Origin: Tubiluchus corallicola
Taxonomy: Eukaryota > Animalia > Priapulida
Direction of reading: 5' to 3'
Assembly (NCBI GenBank): GCA_030141605.1
Contig: JAQGDQ010000576.1
Span: forward strand, 72,985-136,984
Length of the DNA: 64,000 nt
The notes below the pieces were generated by a model that saw only the letters and a list, made by a program, of their open reading frames with translations, did no database searches and had not been told where the DNA came from. The translations under genes and the position numbers were made by a program. This document shows positions 60,368 through 64,000 of the stretch, piece by piece. How positions within the stretch are numbered: the stretch's first letter is position 1; each line of letters opens with the position of its first letter.

Positions 60368-62048
60368 TGCACACACTTCATCAGACAGTCTGCATGCAGA
60401 AACTCAGACTGGAGCTGCATGTTGCACATACTTCATCAGACAGTCTGCATACTGAAACTCAGATAGGATCTGCATGTTGCACACAATTCATCAGACAGTC
60501 TGCATACTGAAACTCATAGACTGGAGCTGTTTGTTGCACACACTTCATCAGACAGTCTGCATACTGAAACTCAGACTCGCGCTGCATGTTGCACACACTT
60601 CATCAGACAGTCTGCATACTGAAACTCAGACTCGCACTGCATGTTGCACACACTTCATCAGACAGTCTGCATACTGAAACTCAGACTCGCGCCGCATGTT
60701 GCACACACTTCATCAGACAGTCTGCGTACTGAAACTCAGACTCGCGCTGCATGTTGCACACACTTCATCAGACAGTCTGCATACAGAAACTCAGACTCGC
60801 GCTGCATGTTGCACACACTTCATCAGACAGTCTGCATACAGAAACTCAGACTGGAGCTGCATGTTGCACACACTTCATCAGACAGTCTGCATACTGAAAC
60901 TCAGACTCGTGCTGCATGTTACACACACTTCATCAGACAGTCTGCATACTGAAACTCAGACTCGTGCTGCATGTTGCACACACTTCATCAGACAGTCTGC
61001 ATACTGAAACTCAGACTCGTGCTGCATGTTACACACACTTCATCAGACAGTCTGCATACTGAAACTCAGACTCGTGCTGCATGTTGCACACACTTCATCA
61101 GACAGTCTGCATACTGAAACTCAGACTCGTGCTGCATGTTACACACACTTCATCAGACAGTCTGCATACTGAAACTCAGACTCGTGCTGCATGTTGCACA
61201 CACTTCATCAGACAGTCTGCATACTGAAACTCAGACTCGTGCTGCATGTTACACACACTTCATCAGACAGTCTGCATACTGAAACTCAGACTCGTGCTGC
61301 ATGTTGCACACACTTCATCAGACAGTCTGCGTACTGAAACTCAGACTGGTGCTGCATCTTGCACACACTTCATCAGACAGTCTGCATACTGAAACTCAGA
61401 CTCGTGCTGTATGTTGCACACACTTCATCAGACAGTCTGCGTACTGAAACTCAGACTCGTGCTGCATGTTGCACACACTTCATCAGACAGTCTGCATACT
61501 GAAACTCAGACTCGTGCTGCATGTTGCACACACTTCATCAGACAGTCTGCGTACTGAAACTCAGACTGGAGCTGCATCTTGCACACACTTCATCAGACAG
61601 TCTGCATACTGAAACTCAGACTGGAGCTGCGTGTTGCACACACTTCATCAGACAGTCTGCATACTGAAACTCAGACTGCAGCTGCATCTTGCACACACTT
61701 CATCAGACAGTCTGCATACTGAAACTCAGACTGGAGCTGCATGTTGCACACACTTCATCAGACAGTCTGCATACTGAAACTCAGACTGGTGCTGCATGTT
61801 GCACACACTTCATCAGACAGTCTGCATACTGAAACTCAGACTGGTGCTGCATGTTGCACACACTTCATCAGACAGTCTGCATACCGAAACACAGACTGGA
61901 GCTGCATCTTGCGCACACTTCATCAGACAGTCTGCATACAGAAACTCAGACTGGAGCTGCATGTTACACACACTTCATCAGACAGTCTGCATACAAAAAC
62001 TCTGACTGGAGCCGCATGTTGCACACACTTCATCAGACACTCTGCATA
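60368..62048. repeat. 55-bp minisatellite, ~30 copies
   Basis: Unit tgcatgttgcacacacttcatcagacagtctgcatactgaaactcagactcgtgc. Confidence 0.97.
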
Positions 62049-62461
62049 GTCATTATATCTTTTGCTGAAGGCGGCCGTTTTAAAATTTGGCCGCTGGGTG
62101 TCGTTTGTGTTTTGTAAACTGATTTTAGAAAAGACACGTACAATCTTTTCATAACAACATGATCAATGAACCATTTAGAACAACAATAAAAACAATCCGA
62201 TATTTAACCCCACTGGCAAATGTATATCAAGCATGCTGATGATATTATACACAGTAAATGAAACGTTTATATGTGCAGTTTTTTCAAGCATGTACACCTG
62301 ATTAACTCCATCAATATGGAAAGTTCTATTACAGCACAACATGGGAATCACAGTTAGGAATTATAGTAAAATTTGAAGCCAAAATCGCTTGGCACTAGCG
62401 TCACTTCTCACACGACTCCCTCAGTTACTCAGAGCCTCATTTCCATGTTTATAGAATTTTC

Positions 62462-63993
62462 TCAAACTGTCACAGTGGCTGTTTGCTGTCTCTCTTCCTC
62501 TTCTTCTGCATCTTCTTCTTCTTCTTCTTCTACTTCACTGCTTACTGTCAGTGTTACAGTCTCATTGGGTATTTCTGACTGATTTACTTCTTCTTCTTCT
62601 TCGTCTTTGACAATGTCGTCGTAACACGGCGGAGGATCGTCATCGATAAAACCACGGTTTGTAAAATAGTGTTGATATCTGTCGATAGGGGCGCTGTCAC
62701 CACTGTCTAGTCGATCGTTTTCAGCTTCTTCGTACGTTGGTGGGACCGGAATCCTTCTGAAAAAGAGAATTTTTGTTTTAGAACGTTCCAGAAAAAGGGG
62801 TAATGTCTAAGACCAACACAAACTTTCAGTACATTATTTAGGAAAGTTTCTCAGTTCAAGTGGTGTCAGAGGTGGGATCCTGACACTAGTGTAGCTAGGG
62901 GGTAGCGTGGAAGTTGTAATTGTACATTTTTAATTAGGTGCTGCCATCTATGAACTAATCCTGTTACTCTACCAACCACTTACCCCCAGTATAATTGTAG
63001 GGACATATTCACTGGTTCTCTCCCTATTTTAAAGTAATGGTTTTTGTGAAGCCTGTCTGTATAAGTCACCTATACCTATATATACTGACTGGTTTTGCTT
63101 TCTAGTCAGTCTCTCATTCTCAGTGTTCAGTGCAGCAGTCGTGCTACTCATGTGTCTGTAGTTTTAATAAACACTTTTCTGTTGTGTGCAGTGCAAATAT
63201 GTATTATAGATTTTTATTCTTGTTCATACTTCTGTGCCTAAACTCAATCATAACAAAGAGAGTGATCTACAACTTCAAACATGACTTTCACAAACTCATT
63301 GGTACTGCTAAACTGGCAATCCTGATCACAAAGACGCAGTTTTGCAGGAACTGAAATCACGTCTCCTGTGACAGAGATAAGACATCTCTGTCCCGAGAGA
63401 ACATAGTTATAGTTTGTCACTATTCTCAGTAGGGTGTGGCCTTCTGGACCTATGTTAAATATCAGTCATTTATTTATTGTAATTTCTACATATTTTAATA
63501 TTTCAAAAACTTATTGCAAGTGATCTACAACTTTAAACATGACTTTCACAGGTAGATGTAGTTAGATGTAGCTATTATTGCATAAATTCAATCAACGAAA
63601 TTTTGTTGTGCTGTATTTATAATGAATTTGCAATATATTCACGATCAGAGCTACATACACATGGTGAGTGCGTTCCAGATTCACATGAGTAAACTGCTCT
63701 GAACTTATATTCACATATTCTTCTAGTCCGTCAGTATTTCGTTCCTCCATATCCAGTTGTTCGCTCTCCAACCTTCTTTTCATTGCACTCCAAGACATCC
63801 ATACTACTATGCCAATTCCCATTAAAATAGGTCCAGATAAACTAATTCTGGTCTCAAAGTACATTGACTGGACAACGGCTCGAGCAAAAACAATGGCGCC
63901 GACAAAGAAGAAGGCTGAACCAATCAAATTCATCGATTTTTCGGTTCGGGCTACGTCTGTTTCTGGCATTGAAGACATACTTGGGTAAACCAT
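62462..63993 (-). CDS. Uncharacterised two-TM membrane protein with PPxY motifs and acidic tail (about 209 aa; may have upstream exons)
   Basis: Exon 63993-63659 (two hydrophobic helices, LIGSAFFFVGAIVFA and LSGPILMGIGIVVWMSW; gtatgt donor, phase 2) joins exon 62756-62462 (RIPVPPTYEEA...DPPPCYDDIV...poly-E...TGA). Confidence 0.72.
62906..63550 (+). mobile_element. L1 LTR plus 224-bp non-LTR segment plus a second LTR 3' end
   Basis: LTR 62906-63292, unique sequence 63293-63516, LTR terminal 34 bp 63517-63550; the whole block is flanked by ggtag. Confidence 0.75.
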
Positions 63994-64000
63994 CTGCTTG

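Noticed and set aside
60368-62048. CRISPR array or hammerhead-ribozyme array (CTGATGA on the minus strand of every unit)
   Set aside because: Units are contiguous with no unique spacers, there are no cas genes and the context is eukaryotic; no GAAA follows a stem II on the same strand.
58847-63292. One 4.4-kb LTR element (TSD aactc) that captured a host exon
   Set aside because: The interior is host gene, satellite and an independent solo LTR; the ggtag pairing explains the right-hand LTR more simply.

Overview
AT-rich, repeat-dense genomic DNA from an intron-rich animal, probably an invertebrate; the species cannot be fixed from sequence alone. No prokaryotic operon or CRISPR is present. 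Most of the window is a minus-strand tandem pair of 15-exon SLC13 (Na+/dicarboxylate-citrate-sulfate, INDY-like) transporter genes. I reconstructed both by hand with GT-AG junctions and consistent phases: paralog B 57802->36985 (645 aa) and paralog A 32373->6656 (644 aa). B has canonical SNT/SNT substrate motifs. A is intact but reads CNM/SNP with other pocket changes, while some exons and introns are nearly identical between the two, suggesting patchy gene conversion. The left edge holds the first exons of a gene with an MPN-like N-terminus; the right edge holds a 2-exon, 2-TM, PPxY-tailed membrane protein. Introns and intergenic DNA carry a prolific solo-LTR family (TG..CA, 5-bp TSDs, internal minisatellite), a 5S-rRNA-headed SINE, an inverted-repeat element with an anticodon-less tRNA cassette, hAT/pogo/piggyBac/Kolobok-like MITEs, LINE 3' fragments and many tandem repeats. 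Nearly all long ORFs in the supplied track are repeat artefacts.
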